A stretch of DNA of 64,000 nucleotides from an uncultured cyanobacterium (GTDB lineage Bacteria > Cyanobacteriota > Cyanobacteriia > CAKZMO01): NCBI GenBank assembly GCA_963719515.1, contig CAVRCJ010000011.1, positions 352,001 through 416,000 on the forward strand, read 5' to 3'. Under the pieces are notes generated by a model that was not told the origin of the DNA, made no database searches, and saw nothing but the letters and a program-made list of their open reading frames with translations. Shown piece after piece: positions 10,913 to 22,219 of this stretch. A program made the position numbers and the translations under genes. How positions within the stretch are numbered: the stretch's first letter is position 1; each line of letters starts with the position of its first letter.

Positions 10913-11352
10913 GTGCGCTGAAGCAGCACAACGCCAGTCGTCAAAAAAACAACGCCCACGATACGCCAAGCGCTAATCGGATGGACCGGAAAGCCTACCA
11001 ATCCGAAATGATCTAGCGCGATCGCCGCCAGCATTTGCCCCGTAATGATCAGCCCAATCATCACCGCCGCACCAAGTACGGGGGCCAGAACAATAGTCGC
11101 CGTTAAGTAAACGGTCCCAAGTAATCCACCTAGCCACAAATACCACGGAATCTGTGATAAGCGGCTAAATGCGGGCAAGGGAGCTTGAACCAATGTTGTA
11201 GCGAGCATTAGGGCCGCTGCCCCGAACGTGAACGAGACAGTCGCCGCTAAGAGGGGATGGCCGAGGGCCTTAGCCAGCTGAGCGTTGATCCCCGCCTGTA
11301 TCGGCAGTAGGGTTCCTGCCGCGATTGCAAGCAGGAGGAAGAGCCAGTACAT
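10909..11352 (-). CDS. DMT family (DUF606/YdcZ-like) transporter
   Basis: PIQAGINAQL, WLGGLLG, GQML..LDHFG motifs. Confidence 0.9.
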   Translation of the reverse strand: MYWLFLLLAIAAGTLLPIQAGINAQLAKALGHPLLAATVSFTFGAAALMLATTLVQAPLPAFSRLSQIPWYLWLGGLLGTVYLTATIVLAPVLGAAVMIGLIITGQMLAAIALDHFGLVGFPVHPISAWRIVGVVFLTTGVVLLQRT

Positions 11353-11433
11353 TGAGCAATTCTCGGGTTGTGGTGACGTCTTATGGTGACGCACCAGCGC
11401 CAAAAGCGCAGCAAGTAGGTGATGACCTAGCGA

Positions 11434-12006
11434 CTAATTAGACACCTCAGCCATCTCAATCACCTGACCCTCCCAGTCCTTCACCAAAAAATTGAGCGGC
11501 TCTTCCCGGCGAATTTTATGCTTGACCCCATGGGTCTGGACGCGCATCAGCACCTGCTCTAGGCAGGCACGGTCAAAGCACACGTGCCGCTGACGGTCTT
11601 TGTTGCCAAGGTTTGCCCCCGACACCACGTGGAGCTGCGTATTTTTCTTAAGCTGATACCACAGTCCATCTGGGGCATTGTAGGTAGCGCCGCTAACCCC
11701 GCCACCCATATAGAGGGGGTCAACCGTAGCGCCCAGGGTTTGCTCGTAGTTGTAGTAATAGTGCAGCGGCACGTCAGCGGCTTGCAGCGCCAAGATATCT
11801 TCGTAAAAGCGGCGGGCTACCTCTAGATCCGACACCATCAAAGTGTAGACCTTAGGGGCGCTGGTCAAAAACATCCACATCGCGCCGGCATAGGCCACCA
11901 GCAGCATGACCATGATGCCCTGGGTAGACAGCAAGCTGTCGATGGGAAAAGCCGCAAGCATAACCGCAGAAGATAGTGACATGGAACCGCTTGTGTTTGA
12001 GACCAC
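11434..12006 (-). CDS. Glyoxalase/VOC-like domain protein with N-terminal TM
   Basis: VSDLEVARRFYEDIL, RHVCF, FLVKDWEGQVIEM. Confidence 0.8.
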   Translation of the reverse strand: MVSNTSGSMSLSSAVMLAAFPIDSLLSTQGIMVMLLVAYAGAMWMFLTSAPKVYTLMVSDLEVARRFYEDILALQAADVPLHYYYNYEQTLGATVDPLYMGGGVSGATYNAPDGLWYQLKKNTQLHVVSGANLGNKDRQRHVCFDRACLEQVLMRVQTHGVKHKIRREEPLNFLVKDWEGQVIEMAEVSN

Positions 12007-12062
12007 TAGTGGCGATAGAGGGAGATAAATAGAGTATTAAACTTTATTCTACCAATCTTCCT

Positions 12063-13032
12063 CTATGACCTGCTCAATGACTCCTTTCGCTGTAGCCAGC
12101 CCAAGATCAGCTCATTTACGCGCTCGGGGTACTCATCGTGGGGACAATGTCCCGTGTTGGGAATGCTTTCGAATGCGACCTGCTCGGGCTGCTCTGCGCT
12201 AGGTCCTGGTAGATGGCCGCACCGGCAGATCGGGGTCCAAGGGATCTGCTTCTCCCCAAAGCACCAGCAGCGATTGCTGAATCTGAGGCAGTAGGTCTGC
12301 AGGGCGCGGACCGGGGGGTGCAGAGAGAATTGAGGCAAAAACCGCTTGGGCACCGGGGTCGCAGGAGGGCTGATACAGGATGTCAATCAGCTCGTCGGTA
12401 ACGGCTTCGGGGTTGCAGTAGACCTGCTTAAGCGTACTGCGCAGACGCCCCTTGCGGCGCACCTGATTGAACATCAGGGGACCAAACGCCGGGGAGCTGA
12501 CGATTCGGGTGAAAGTGCCCATGACGAACCGCAGCGGCGGCGGCAGCTCTTCGGGTCGGTGGTTCAGCCCCCCTGCGCAGTTAAGCAGTACCCCGCCTGA
12601 GGCGATCGCCGGGTGGTGGGCCATTAGCATCAGGGTCAAGAGCCCGCCAATGGAGTTGCCCACAAATACGGCGGGCCGCTGCACAATCTCTTGCCAAAAA
12701 TCAGCCAGCATCGCTTCCCACAGCTCTAGGCTGTAGCTCTCAGCGGGCTTATCCGACGCGCCAAACCCCAACATGTCTAGGGCAAACACCTGGTAGCCCT
12801 GCGCCAGCACGGGAATATTTTTGCGCCAGTGGCCGATGGAGGCCCCAAACCCGTGGATGAGCACCAGCGGCTCACCTTGGCCTGCGATCGCATAGCGGAT
12901 CCGGTGTCCCCGCCAGGTCCAGTCGAATTCCTGCCAGCTGCGGGGCTGGGGTTGCCCACTGGAAGATGGCTTGCTGGGAAACTGCACGCCGGAAGACTGA
13001 GTGCCAGATTGCACGCTGGGAGATTGAGTCAC
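12063..13032 (-). pseudogene. Alpha/beta hydrolase, frameshifted near the 3' end (pseudogene or sequencing error)
   Basis: HGFGAS and GNSIGG in ORF 12199-13032; the catalytic His segment GHCPHDE lies in another frame (12063-12386); indels at about 12240, 12227 and 12198. Confidence 0.85.
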
Positions 13033-13080
13033 GGGGCCTTAATTTAATAACGTTACATTTCTTTAATTCTACGACACTTC

Positions 13081-14142
13081 CTAAAGGGAGGCCGAGGCCG
13101 GATCGCCGTACAGCTGCATCACCCGCTCGATTCCCAAACGAGACTCAGCTTTAAGCGTGAGCGGCGAGCTGTGGCCTTGGTCGAGGTGCTCCGCCGCCGC
13201 GCAGCCAATCATGGCGGCGTTGTCGGTACAGTAGCGCAGCGGCGGGAACAGAACCTGAATGCCGTGGGGCTCAGCTGCCGCGTTCAGCTGCCGCCTCAAC
13301 TCGCTGTTGGCCGCCACGCCCCCGCCCACGGCGATGGTCTTCAAATCGTAGTCCAAGGCGGCGGCAATCGCCCGCTTGGTGAGGGCGCGGGCGACGGCAT
13401 TCTGAAAACTGGCCGCAACGTCGGCGATCGGCAACGCCTCTTCCTCAGCCTGCAGCCGCTGGGTCAGCCGCAGCACCGCCGTCTTCAGGCCGCTAAAACT
13501 GGAGTCGTAGGGATGAAAACCGCCCTGAGGCAGCGAGATATTGCCCTCCGGCAGCGCAAATCGCCGGCTGTCGCCCTGCTGCGCCAGCTTATCGATAATT
13601 GGTCCGCCCGGGTAGCCTAGACCCATAAGCCGCGCCACTTTGTCAAAGGCTTCGCCTGCCGCATCGTCTCGGGTCCGCCCCAGGGTGACATAGTCGCCGC
13701 AGCCCTTCACCTGAATCACGCTAGTGTGGCCTCCCGATACCAGCAGACACACAAACGGCGGTTCAAAAGTGGGGTCTGCAAGGTACGAGGCGTAGATATG
13801 TCCTTCGAGGTGGTGGACCCCTATAAACGGCTTATTACGCATCATCGCCAGAGTTTTAGCCGCCGTCACGCCCACCAAAAGCGCGCCCACCAGCCCCGGC
13901 GCACAGGTGGCGGCGATGCCGTCAATCTCGTCCCAGGTTGCAGCAGCCTCCTCTAGGGCTTGGGCGATCGCCTGATTTAGCGTTTCCACGTGCTGCCGTG
14001 AAGCCACTTCAGGCACGACGCCGCCGAAGCGAGCGTGGATTTCAATTTGGCTGGAAACGATGCTGGCCTGGACATTACGATTCTCAACGATTGCAACGGC
14101 AGTTTCGTCACAACTTGTTTCGATTGCTAAAATTTTTGCCAT
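13081..14142 (-). CDS. tsaD: tRNA N6-threonylcarbamoyladenosine synthesis protein TsaD
   Basis: [55 protein letters not shown]. Confidence 0.97.
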   Translation of the reverse strand: MAKILAIETSCDETAVAIVENRNVQASIVSSQIEIHARFGGVVPEVASRQHVETLNQAIAQALEEAAATWDEIDGIAATCAPGLVGALLVGVTAAKTLAMMRNKPFIGVHHLEGHIYASYLADPTFEPPFVCLLVSGGHTSVIQVKGCGDYVTLGRTRDDAAGEAFDKVARLMGLGYPGGPIIDKLAQQGDSRRFALPEGNISLPQGGFHPYDSSFSGLKTAVLRLTQRLQAEEEALPIADVAASFQNAVARALTKRAIAAALDYDLKTIAVGGGVAANSELRRQLNAAAEPHGIQVLFPPLRYCTDNAAMIGCAAAEHLDQGHSSPLTLKAESRLGIERVMQLYGDPASASL

Positions 14143-14383
14143 TTGCTCACCCCTATCCTGTAGGGTAGAAAATCAGCAGGACGCTTTTCAGTGCTGGATT
14201 ATAGCCAAGGTTACAATCAGCAAGATTACTTCGCAAACGGGCTTCGAGCGGTCTTGACACCAACGGAAGCCGTACGCCAGAAGCTACATTCGGCGAAGGG
14301 CGCTGCACAATTCAAGGCGATCGCGCGAACTCCGCTTTTGAATTGCTTTATACATGTTGCGTGTTATTGAGGAAAACGAATCT

Positions 14384-14869
14384 ATGCGTCAATGTTTTGC
14401 TGCTATCTTAGCGCTTTGCCTCTGGCTTGGCGTTGCTGCGCCAGCTTCTGCCGATGTGGCTGGCCTAACTCCCTGTGATCAATCTCCAGCGTTTCAGGCG
14501 CGCGCGGCCAACGCCAGCACGCCTCAAGCGCAGCGCCGCTTCGAGCTATACGGTGCCTCCAACGTACTGTGTGGACCCGAGGGTCTGCCCCACCTGGTGG
14601 TAGATGGAAGCCTCGATCACGCGGGTGAATTCATTATCCCGAGCATTTTGTTTCTGTATATTGCCGGCTGGATTGGCTGGGCAGGTCGCGCTTACCTAAT
14701 TGCGGTTCGCGACGAGAAGAAGCCGGAAGAGAAGGAAATCATCATCGACGTACCTTTGGCGCTGAGCATCACGTTGGCCGCACTTGCTTGGCCAGCGACA
14801 GCGCTCAAAGAGTTTCTCAGTGGTGAGCTTGTCGAAGCTGAGGAAAACATTCCCGTTTCCCCTCGATAG
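14384..14869 (+). CDS. psaF: Photosystem I subunit III
   Basis: Signal peptide, [42 protein letters not shown] end; GAGG RBS. Confidence 0.97.
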   Translation: MRQCFAAILALCLWLGVAAPASADVAGLTPCDQSPAFQARAANASTPQAQRRFELYGASNVLCGPEGLPHLVVDGSLDHAGEFIIPSILFLYIAGWIGWAGRAYLIAVRDEKKPEEKEIIIDVPLALSITLAALAWPATALKEFLSGELVEAEENIPVSPR

Positions 14870-14918
14870 TCTTCTGCTGTGCTAAGTCCCCTCGATGTAT
14901 TTCCGTTAGGAGTTTTTT

Positions 14919-15041
14919 ATGGACAACTTTCTTAAGTACCTGTCTACGGCCCCTGTCATGGCCACAGTGGCTACTTTCATCGCAGCCGGAGTTTTAATCG
15001 AATTCAACCGATTTTTTCCCGATCTGCTGTTTCACCCCTAA
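14919..15041 (+). CDS. psaJ: Photosystem I subunit IX (40 aa, absent from ORF track)
   Basis: Translates [48 protein letters not shown]; follows psaF. Confidence 0.97.
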   Translation: MDNFLKYLSTAPVMATVATFIAAGVLIEFNRFFPDLLFHP

Positions 15042-15111
15042 TAGAAGCCTGCTAGCGGGTTACCCCATCAACCGATGAAGGGGAACTGGGTTTAGCGATC
15101 GCTCTTCTACT

Positions 15112-15146
15112 AAATGCCCCGGCACTTACTCTGTGTCGGGGCATTT
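15112..15146. terminator. Hairpin between convergent psaJ and clpB; probable bidirectional terminator
   Basis: AAATGCCCCGGCAC ... GTGTCGGGGCATTT. Confidence 0.7.
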
Positions 15147-15188
15147 GGCGTATTTGAGCAGTAAGTACAAACGGGCCGCTTCTGGCCT

Positions 15189-17984
15189 CTACACCGCCTT
15201 AACGATGTCACCATCGTGACTGCTGCTGTCGCTGAACGGATTTTGGGGCGTCTCTAGCTCTACAGCAAGCTCAGGTACCGTATCGGGAGCGGGAGCGAGC
15301 GCGGAGCTCCCGTTAGTGACCTCTGCGGAGGCCTGCTTATGGGTAAAGCTGAGGCTTGTGCCGTCTAGGTCGACCAGGATAGTATCCCCTTCATCAAACG
15401 CGTTCTCTAAGATCTTGGTTGCCAAGGGGTTTTCCACCTCTCGCTGGATGGCTCGCTTCAGCGGCCTAGCCCCATAGGCGGGGTCGTAGCCCGCTTCAGC
15501 AATGTGGTCTTGGGCCGCTGCCGTTACCTCAAGGCCAAGCTTTTGCTCTGACAGCAGCTTGTGAACCCGGTTGAGCTGAATGCCCACAATTTGCCGCAGT
15601 TCGTCGAGCCGCAGCGGATGGAACAAAATTAGGTCGTCAATGCGGTTGAGAAACTCGGGTCGAAAGTGCGATCGCAGCGCCACGAGCACCCGCGATCGCA
15701 TTTCTTCGTACTTGGAGTCGTCGCCCGACACGTCTAAGATGTGGTCGCCGCCGATGTTGCTGGTCATCACAATGACGGTGTTGCAGAAATTGATCTGACG
15801 CCCTTGAGAATCGGTGACCTGTCCGTCATCCAGCACCTGCAGCAGGATGTTGAATACGTCCGGGTGAGCCTTCTCCACTTCGTCTAGCAACAGCACGGAA
15901 TAGGGGCGGCGGCGAATCGCCTCTGACAGCTGCCCGCCCTCCTCAAAGCCCACATAGCCCGGAGGCGCACCCACCAGCCGCGATACGGCGTGCTTCTCCA
16001 TATATTCCGACATGTCGATACGCACCAGGGCATCGCTGGAGTCAAACAAAAACTCGGCGAGAGTGCGGGCCAGTTCCGTCTTACCGACGCCCGTCGGCCC
16101 CATAAACAAAAATGAGCCAATAGGGCGGCTGGGGTCCTGCATTCCGGCCCGCGCCCGACGAATGGCGGCTGATACCGCCGCGACGGCCTCATCTTGGCCA
16201 ATGACGCGCTCATGCAGGTGAGACTCCAGCTGCAGCAGCTTTTGCCGCTCCGACTCCAGCAGTCGGTTGACGGGAATACCTGTCCACTTGGCCACGATTT
16301 CGGCGATGTCGGCTTCGGTCACCTGCTGGCGAAGCAGCGCTGCGCCGCGAGATTGGATGTCAATCAGGGCCGCCTCTTTGTCCTCTAGCTCCTGATGGAC
16401 CGCCTCTAAGCGGCCGTACTTGAGCTGAGCCGCCGTGTTGAGATCGTAGTCGCGCTCAGCTTTTTCAATCTGGTGCTGCAGCTGCTCTTCTTCTTCCCGC
16501 AGCGCCTTGATTGTGTCTCGGGTCTGCTTTTCCGAGTCCCACTGAGAGGAGAGGCGATCGCGCTCAGTGGTGAGCTCGCTTAGCTCACCGGTAATTCGCT
16601 CCAGCTGGTTTGCCAGTCGGTAGCTGCCTGAGTTGTCGCCGTTGTCCTCCCCCTCTAGCGATCGCTTCTCCATTTCCAGCTGCATTAACCGCCGCTCGAC
16701 GGTTTCTAGCTCTTCTGGCTTGGAGGTGTTCTCCATCTTCAGCTTGGCCGCCGCCTCATCCACAAGATCGATAGCCTTATCGGGCAAGAAGCGATCGGTG
16801 ATGTAGCGGTCGGAGAGCTTGGCGGAGGCCACCAGCGCCGCATCGGAGATGGTGACGTTGTGGTGGGTTTGATAGCGGTCTTTGAGGCCCCGGAGGATGG
16901 AGATGGTGTCGTCGACGCTAGGCTGACCGATGTAGACCTGCTGGAAGCGCCGCTCTAGCGCTGCATCCTTCTCGATATGCTTGCGGTATTCATCCAGGGT
17001 AGTAGCCCCGATACAGCGCAGCTGCCCTCGGGCCAGCATCGGCTTTAGCAGATTACCCGCATCGACGTTGGTCTGCCCTGCCCCGGCCCCAACGACGGTG
17101 TGCAGCTCGTCGATGAAAAGCACATACTGGCCATCAGAGTCAGTGACCGCCCTGAGCACAGACCGCAAGCGGTCTTCAAAATCGCCCCGGTACTTTGCCC
17201 CCGCCACCAAGGAGCCCATGTCGAGAGAAATCAGGCGGCGATTTTTGAGGGATTCGGGCACATCGCCATTGACCATGCGCTGGGCCAGCCCTTCGGCGAT
17301 CGCTGTTTTGCCGACGCCGGGTTCGCCAATTAGCACAGGGTTGTTCTTCGTGCGCCGCGAGAGCACCTGAATGACCCGGCGGATCTCCTCATCGCGGCCA
17401 ATCACCGGGTCAAGCTTGCCCGCTGTGGCCTGCTCGGTGAGGTCACGGCCGTATTTTTCTAGCGGGTCGTCTTGCTCTTCTTTGGCGCTCTTATTGCTGC
17501 TAGGCTCATCAGGGGCCGCCGCCGCCGCTTCTGTCTGCCGCTGCTTGCGCAGCTCCATCGCCGCCGTCTCTAACCGACCCAGGTCAATACCGGCGTTGCG
17601 AAACAGCCGCCGCCCGATGCGCTCATCCCGCGAGAGCGCTAGCAGCAGGTGCTCATCGTCAATGACCTCGGCGCTGAGGTTGTGGCGAACGTTGTCAGCG
17701 CGGTCTAGGAGCTGGTCTAAGGAGCGGCCTAGGTAAAGCTGATCGCCATCGGCAACCTTGGGCTGGCGCTGGGCATAGGCCTCTATCTGCTTTTCAAGCC
17801 GTTCTGTGTTCACTCCCATGAGGCCCAGCAGCTGACTGGTAAAGCTGTCTTTCAGCTCCAGCAGCGCGATCGCCAAATGCTCAACCTCCAGCTGCTGCTG
17901 ACGAAAGCGACGAACAATGTCCTGTGAGTTGACAATGGCGTCCCAGGCGCTATCTGTGAACTTGCTCGGGTCAGTTGGCTGCAT
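15189..17984 (-). CDS. clpB: ATP-dependent chaperone ClpB
   Basis: Two AAA+ modules ([16 protein letters not shown]), coiled-coil middle domain, GARPLKR. Confidence 0.97.
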   Translation of the reverse strand: MQPTDPSKFTDSAWDAIVNSQDIVRRFRQQQLEVEHLAIALLELKDSFTSQLLGLMGVNTERLEKQIEAYAQRQPKVADGDQLYLGRSLDQLLDRADNVRHNLSAEVIDDEHLLLALSRDERIGRRLFRNAGIDLGRLETAAMELRKQRQTEAAAAAPDEPSSNKSAKEEQDDPLEKYGRDLTEQATAGKLDPVIGRDEEIRRVIQVLSRRTKNNPVLIGEPGVGKTAIAEGLAQRMVNGDVPESLKNRRLISLDMGSLVAGAKYRGDFEDRLRSVLRAVTDSDGQYVLFIDELHTVVGAGAGQTNVDAGNLLKPMLARGQLRCIGATTLDEYRKHIEKDAALERRFQQVYIGQPSVDDTISILRGLKDRYQTHHNVTISDAALVASAKLSDRYITDRFLPDKAIDLVDEAAAKLKMENTSKPEELETVERRLMQLEMEKRSLEGEDNGDNSGSYRLANQLERITGELSELTTERDRLSSQWDSEKQTRDTIKALREEEEQLQHQIEKAERDYDLNTAAQLKYGRLEAVHQELEDKEAALIDIQSRGAALLRQQVTEADIAEIVAKWTGIPVNRLLESERQKLLQLESHLHERVIGQDEAVAAVSAAIRRARAGMQDPSRPIGSFLFMGPTGVGKTELARTLAEFLFDSSDALVRIDMSEYMEKHAVSRLVGAPPGYVGFEEGGQLSEAIRRRPYSVLLLDEVEKAHPDVFNILLQVLDDGQVTDSQGRQINFCNTVIVMTSNIGGDHILDVSGDDSKYEEMRSRVLVALRSHFRPEFLNRIDDLILFHPLRLDELRQIVGIQLNRVHKLLSEQKLGLEVTAAAQDHIAEAGYDPAYGARPLKRAIQREVENPLATKILENAFDEGDTILVDLDGTSLSFTHKQASAEVTNGSSALAPAPDTVPELAVELETPQNPFSDSSSHDGDIVKAV

Positions 17985-18165
17985 ATCAAGTGGGGCGAAG
18001 GATCAGGGGAACAGAACGAAAAGCCTTTGTTCTCAGTGTAACAAGGGAGGGGAGCAGGACGCATTGGCGCAAAATCTCGAGTCTTCTACCGTTGTAGGGA
18101 AGCAGACGCTGGGGTGTATTTGCTAGAGCAGATATAGTTAAGCATTAGAGAACTTGGGAAAAAGT

Positions 18166-18585
18166 ATGGATAAGCGTTCAGCAGAGTCAGAGCAAGATCG
18201 AGATGCGGCCATCGGGCAATCGTCCCAGCCGCAGACAAACATCAGCGTTGGCGAGCATACGGCTGGCAGTGACCCTGATGGCCTCAGCGCTGATGTCACC
18301 CCGACTTCTGACATCACGCCGCCCGGATCACAGTCAGAAGCCTACATTGCCGCCGGCAAGCCTACCACCGGGGGAGATACCTTCTCTGACCAAGGTCAGG
18401 CCAAGGTGGTGGGAGAAGAGGCTGTTGGGGGCACAACGCCGACGCCAGGCCAAAATGTGGTGAGTGAACTTGGCGAGGCCGTGGGTATGACCTACCCCGA
18501 TCGTCAACCCGTTGCCGGGGTGGAAAAGATGCAGGAACGAGACGACAAGCGTTGGGAGCTTGACCCCGACTCGTCAGACGCTTAA
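18166..18585 (+). CDS. Acidic low-complexity protein (DUF6335-like)
   Basis: GEEAVGGTTPTPGQNVV..LGEAVG...RDDKRWELDPDS motif; family name from recall. Confidence 0.7.
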   Translation: MDKRSAESEQDRDAAIGQSSQPQTNISVGEHTAGSDPDGLSADVTPTSDITPPGSQSEAYIAAGKPTTGGDTFSDQGQAKVVGEEAVGGTTPTPGQNVVSELGEAVGMTYPDRQPVAGVEKMQERDDKRWELDPDSSDA

Positions 18586-18641
18586 GAGGCCTATTTCGAT
18601 TGGGCTGTAGGGTATGGGGGCCAGCCCTGAAGACAAATCCT

Positions 18642-19406
18642 CTACAGGGCTGGAGGTAACCCCGGCAAACTGCGCAGGTGCCCATCTTCTAAGTAGGCGA
18701 TATCGTCAGCAACATCTCGAATACGGGAATCATGGGTGACAATCAGCACCGTGCTGCCCTCTTCTTTGGCGAGCCGCCTTAAGAGGGAGATAACCGCATG
18801 TCCGCTCTTAGAGTCAAGAGACGCCGTGGGCTCATCCGCCATGATGATCGGCGGGTATCCTGCCAGGGCGCGGGCGATCGCCACCCGCTGCTTCTGCCCG
18901 CCAGAAAGGCTACGGGGATAGGCGTTTGCCCTGTCTCCGAGGCCCACTTGGTCCAATAGGTCGTAGGCTCTGCGGTTGGCCTGGCCCTGCTTGCCCTGCA
19001 GCTTGAGAATCACCTCCACGTTTTCCACCGCCGTCAGCGCCGGGAACAGGTTGAATCCCTGGAAGATGAAGCCGATATTGTGGAGTCGATAGTCCGCCAG
19101 CTTGCTGCGGGACATGGTCGTTATTTCTTGGCCCAGCATCTTGACGCTGCCCGAAGACGGCGTTAGAATTCCACCTAATATTGAGAGCAGCGTGGTTTTG
19201 CCTGAGCCTGACGGCCCCATCAGCAGCTGAATTTCTCCCGAATTGACGGTCAGGGAGATGTCGCTGAGAACCTGGCGAGTTTGTTCCCCCGTCTTGTACT
19301 GCATCGACACCTCTGAGGCAGCGAGCGCAACTCGACTATCACCCACCGGCTTGAGCAACTTCTTCTGAGGAGCAAGCTGCTGATCATTACTTAATTGAGC
19401 CGTCAT
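18642..19406 (-). CDS. ABC exporter ATP-binding subunit (DevA/LolD-like)
   Basis: GPSGSGKTT, LSGGQKQRVAIARAL, ADEPTASLD, VTHD. Confidence 0.93.
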   Translation of the reverse strand: MTAQLSNDQQLAPQKKLLKPVGDSRVALAASEVSMQYKTGEQTRQVLSDISLTVNSGEIQLLMGPSGSGKTTLLSILGGILTPSSGSVKMLGQEITTMSRSKLADYRLHNIGFIFQGFNLFPALTAVENVEVILKLQGKQGQANRRAYDLLDQVGLGDRANAYPRSLSGGQKQRVAIARALAGYPPIIMADEPTASLDSKSGHAVISLLRRLAKEEGSTVLIVTHDSRIRDVADDIAYLEDGHLRSLPGLPPAL

Positions 19407-19682
19407 TTAGAAACCGTATGACACATCAGTTGTGCGAGGGCAGGGAAGAAACGAGTCTGTACAGATAGAAAACTCTGTCAAGTGCAATTGTAAACAATTA
19501 CGCTTGGTCTGTTACGAAACTCTACCAAGTCTTTACTAGACTTGCGAGGGCGCTTCTATTTAGACTAGCGAGCTATTTGGAAGTCAGGCTGTATCGCGGA
19601 ATACAGCAGATACAGGCAGCTGCAGATTCAGCGATGTCCTAAGCGCCTGCGGCTTTTGAAGAGCATAGCCCGGTTCCTCAAT

Positions 19683-19749
19683 TGTAAGCGACTGTCTGGT
19701 GTAAGCGACTGTCTGGGGAGCGACTGTCTGGGGAGCGATCGCCTGCTGG
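19683..19749. repeat. Short degenerate tandem repeat (core AGCGACTGTCTGG x3, fourth copy containing HIP1)
   Basis: TGTAAGCGACTGTCTGG x2, GGAGCGACTGTCTGG, GGAGCGATCGCCTGCTGG. Confidence 0.85.
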
Positions 19750-19806
19750 CCTTAACAATCGAAAGTTACTTGAGCCTCTAGCCCGGCATTGTGACTTAGA
19801 TTGGCG

Positions 19807-21054
19807 TCACGCCTTGAAGACGATTGCTGGATCCACCTTGGTCACCTTTTGAATGGCGAATAGGGCTGACCCCACGCACATGACAACCGTGATTCCCAAA
19901 ATTCCCGCCGATACCGAAGGCGTAATTAATATCATGATGCCCTGGGTGGAAAAGGTCCAGGCTCCTAGGCCGAGGCACAGCAAGATACTGGGGATGTAGC
20001 CCAAAACTGCCATCCACAGCGCCTGCTCAATGATGATGCCGTAGATCATCCGGTCGGAAGCGCCCATCGCCTTCAAAGTGCCATACTCCCGAATATGGTC
20101 CGATACCGACGAGTAGAGAATTTGGCCGACAATCACGATGCCGACAATCATGCCGACAGCAGCCCCAAGGCCCAAAATGAAGCCAATGCCCGTCCGCAGC
20201 TGCCAGTAGCGGCGAGTGGTGTCCAACATCTCCTCTTGAGTTAGCGTCTGCGCCTCTGGAAACGCCTCTTCTAGACGCTGCTTGAGCTGGTCGATGTCTT
20301 GACCGGCCTCAGCTCGAATTAGTACATAGGAGATTGGGTCAGAAATAGCGAGGGGCTGACGCTCCGGAACCGCATCCTCATCGGCCTGGGTGTAGATGGT
20401 GGTGCACTGCAAATTCTCCCCGCCGGGCCGGACATCGCAGGAAACGCTTGAGGTCAGTCCGGCTGTGGCATAAGCCTTAGCGTTCTCTAGAGACGTGAAA
20501 ACGATGGTGCTAGAGGCAATCGACTGGGTATCGCGGGTGAGGCCGACCAGAGTCGCCGATGCCGAGCTAATTTCACCGCTGTCGCCGATGCCGCTCAGCT
20601 CCAAAGACTTAAGATTGGTCGCGTCGGTCATGACGCTAAACGGTTTGCGAATATCGGCCAGATCGCCCTGCACCACCTGGCCAGGCCGAAAGAGGCTCCC
20701 ATTAGGAGAAAACCCCACCACGCGCACCGTCCCGATTTTTCCCTCTGGCCCTCGCCAGCGGCCACTGGCGAGCACCATGGCCTCGGCGATCGCCACACCG
20801 TCTATTTTCTTTGCCTCTACCTGGATCTCCAAGGGAACGCTTTGGGTCAGCTCAAAATGAACCATCTCCTCACCCGTCAGCCAGATATCGGCGCTGGAAC
20901 TCTCAATGAGCCGAGTGGTCGAGCGGGTAAAACCCTTGAGAATACCGAGCTGAATCGTCACCAGGCTGACGGCAAACATAATGCCCGCTTGAGCAACCAG
21001 AAACCGAGGAATATCTTCGAATAAATTTTTGCGCGCGATGGAAACCATAGCCAA
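19807..21054 (-). CDS. ABC exporter permease (DevC/FtsX-like)
   Basis: N-terminal TM, periplasmic domain, EYGTLKAMGAS, C-terminal DPAIVFK. Confidence 0.9.
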   Translation of the reverse strand: MAMVSIARKNLFEDIPRFLVAQAGIMFAVSLVTIQLGILKGFTRSTTRLIESSSADIWLTGEEMVHFELTQSVPLEIQVEAKKIDGVAIAEAMVLASGRWRGPEGKIGTVRVVGFSPNGSLFRPGQVVQGDLADIRKPFSVMTDATNLKSLELSGIGDSGEISSASATLVGLTRDTQSIASSTIVFTSLENAKAYATAGLTSSVSCDVRPGGENLQCTTIYTQADEDAVPERQPLAISDPISYVLIRAEAGQDIDQLKQRLEEAFPEAQTLTQEEMLDTTRRYWQLRTGIGFILGLGAAVGMIVGIVIVGQILYSSVSDHIREYGTLKAMGASDRMIYGIIIEQALWMAVLGYIPSILLCLGLGAWTFSTQGIMILITPSVSAGILGITVVMCVGSALFAIQKVTKVDPAIVFKA

Positions 21055-21250
21055 AGGGGAGATTAAGTTTGGTCTCCGTCAGCACAAGGGGGAGAGTAGA
21101 TGCAGAAGAAGAGAACCGTTTGCCCTTGTAGTATATCGCTAGTCTTTTAATGGACAGTGTGCAAAAGCGCCACACCTGTAGGCAGAAGAGGCGGTGAAGC
21201 TGTCTACCCTGATTGAAAGAGATTGCGTGCTCACTGTTGAGGAGTAGGAT

Positions 21251-21454
21251 ATGAAGCGCCTATTAACTGCGGCCATCACCGTAACAGCGATCGCTGCCTT
21301 TACATCTTCTGAGTCAAGGCACCTGTCTACTCGAGGCGATGACGATGTCTACGTCGCGAGTAGACAGCACAGCGTGACCTGCAAGATGCAGGAACAGGCC
21401 TCTACGCTATCGCTTCGCTTTGTTCCAGAGTGGTGCATCTATAGGTCACGCTAA
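21251..21454 (+). CDS. Candidate small secreted protein (67 aa)
   Basis: GAGGAG RBS 6 nt upstream of ATG; signal-peptide-like MKRLLTAAITVTAIAAF. Confidence 0.5.
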   Translation: MKRLLTAAITVTAIAAFTSSESRHLSTRGDDDVYVASRQHSVTCKMQEQASTLSLRFVPEWCIYRSR

Positions 21455-21505
21455 CTTTCACTGCGGTGATGGCCGATCGCTTTCCGGCGTTTCCGCTACA
21501 TCAGA

Positions 21506-21943
21506 TCAAGAGGCATCTTCCGTATCCTCGCCGAAGCGAGTGACATCAGATTCATTGAGGTATTCTCCGTTCTGCACCTCAATAAGCACCAGAGGAATTA
21601 CGCCAGGATTTTCTAAGCGGTGCGGTGTGCAAACAGGCACATAAGAGGACTGGTTGGTACAAATTAGAGTTGTGTCCTCTCCGCAAATAACGCGAGCGGT
21701 GCCCGAGACGACGATCCAATGCTCGCTTCGGTGATAGTGCATTTGCATGCTGAGGCGCTGCCCTGGTTTTACCTCAACCCGCTTTATTTTGTAGCCTTGG
21801 CCCTCCTCTAAGACCGTGAAAGAGCCCCAGGGTCTAGATTCGGTGGGGCGACGCGTCCCGGCAGCGTTACTAGAAGACTCTGGAGGATGGAGCGGCACGT
21901 TTTGCTTGTCTGACGATTCGGCAGAGTTTAGGGTATTAGTCAT
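21506..21943 (-). CDS. Cupin protein, mannose-6-phosphate isomerase type II C-terminal-like
   Basis: RPWGSF, RLSMQMHYHRSEHWIVVSG, HRLENPG, EVQNGEYL. Confidence 0.9.
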   Translation of the reverse strand: MTNTLNSAESSDKQNVPLHPPESSSNAAGTRRPTESRPWGSFTVLEEGQGYKIKRVEVKPGQRLSMQMHYHRSEHWIVVSGTARVICGEDTTLICTNQSSYVPVCTPHRLENPGVIPLVLIEVQNGEYLNESDVTRFGEDTEDAS

Positions 21944-22219
21944 GGTGCTAGCCTAAAGCGACAGGCGTTGCCATCGAGGGGACGTAGGGATCTGATGTAC
22001 AGCGCAACTATAGCTGATTGTATACACAATTCAGTTCACAATTAGTTTGCTGTAGCCTGAGGTAACCAACTCAGCGCCATAGTCTGTAACATTGACAACA
22101 AGGTGTAGAATCGCTTGAAGATAATGTCTAGGGGTGAGTTTCAAGGTTGTCTTGATAAGCTGATACACCATTCTGTGCCCGTTGCCAGCCTCTACTAAAG
22201 ATATATAACGTCTTCCCTT

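Noticed and set aside
14384..15041. Far-red (FaRLiP) psaF2/psaJ2 variants
   Set aside because: No FaRLiP cluster genes nearby; the tsaD-psaFJ context and sequences look standard
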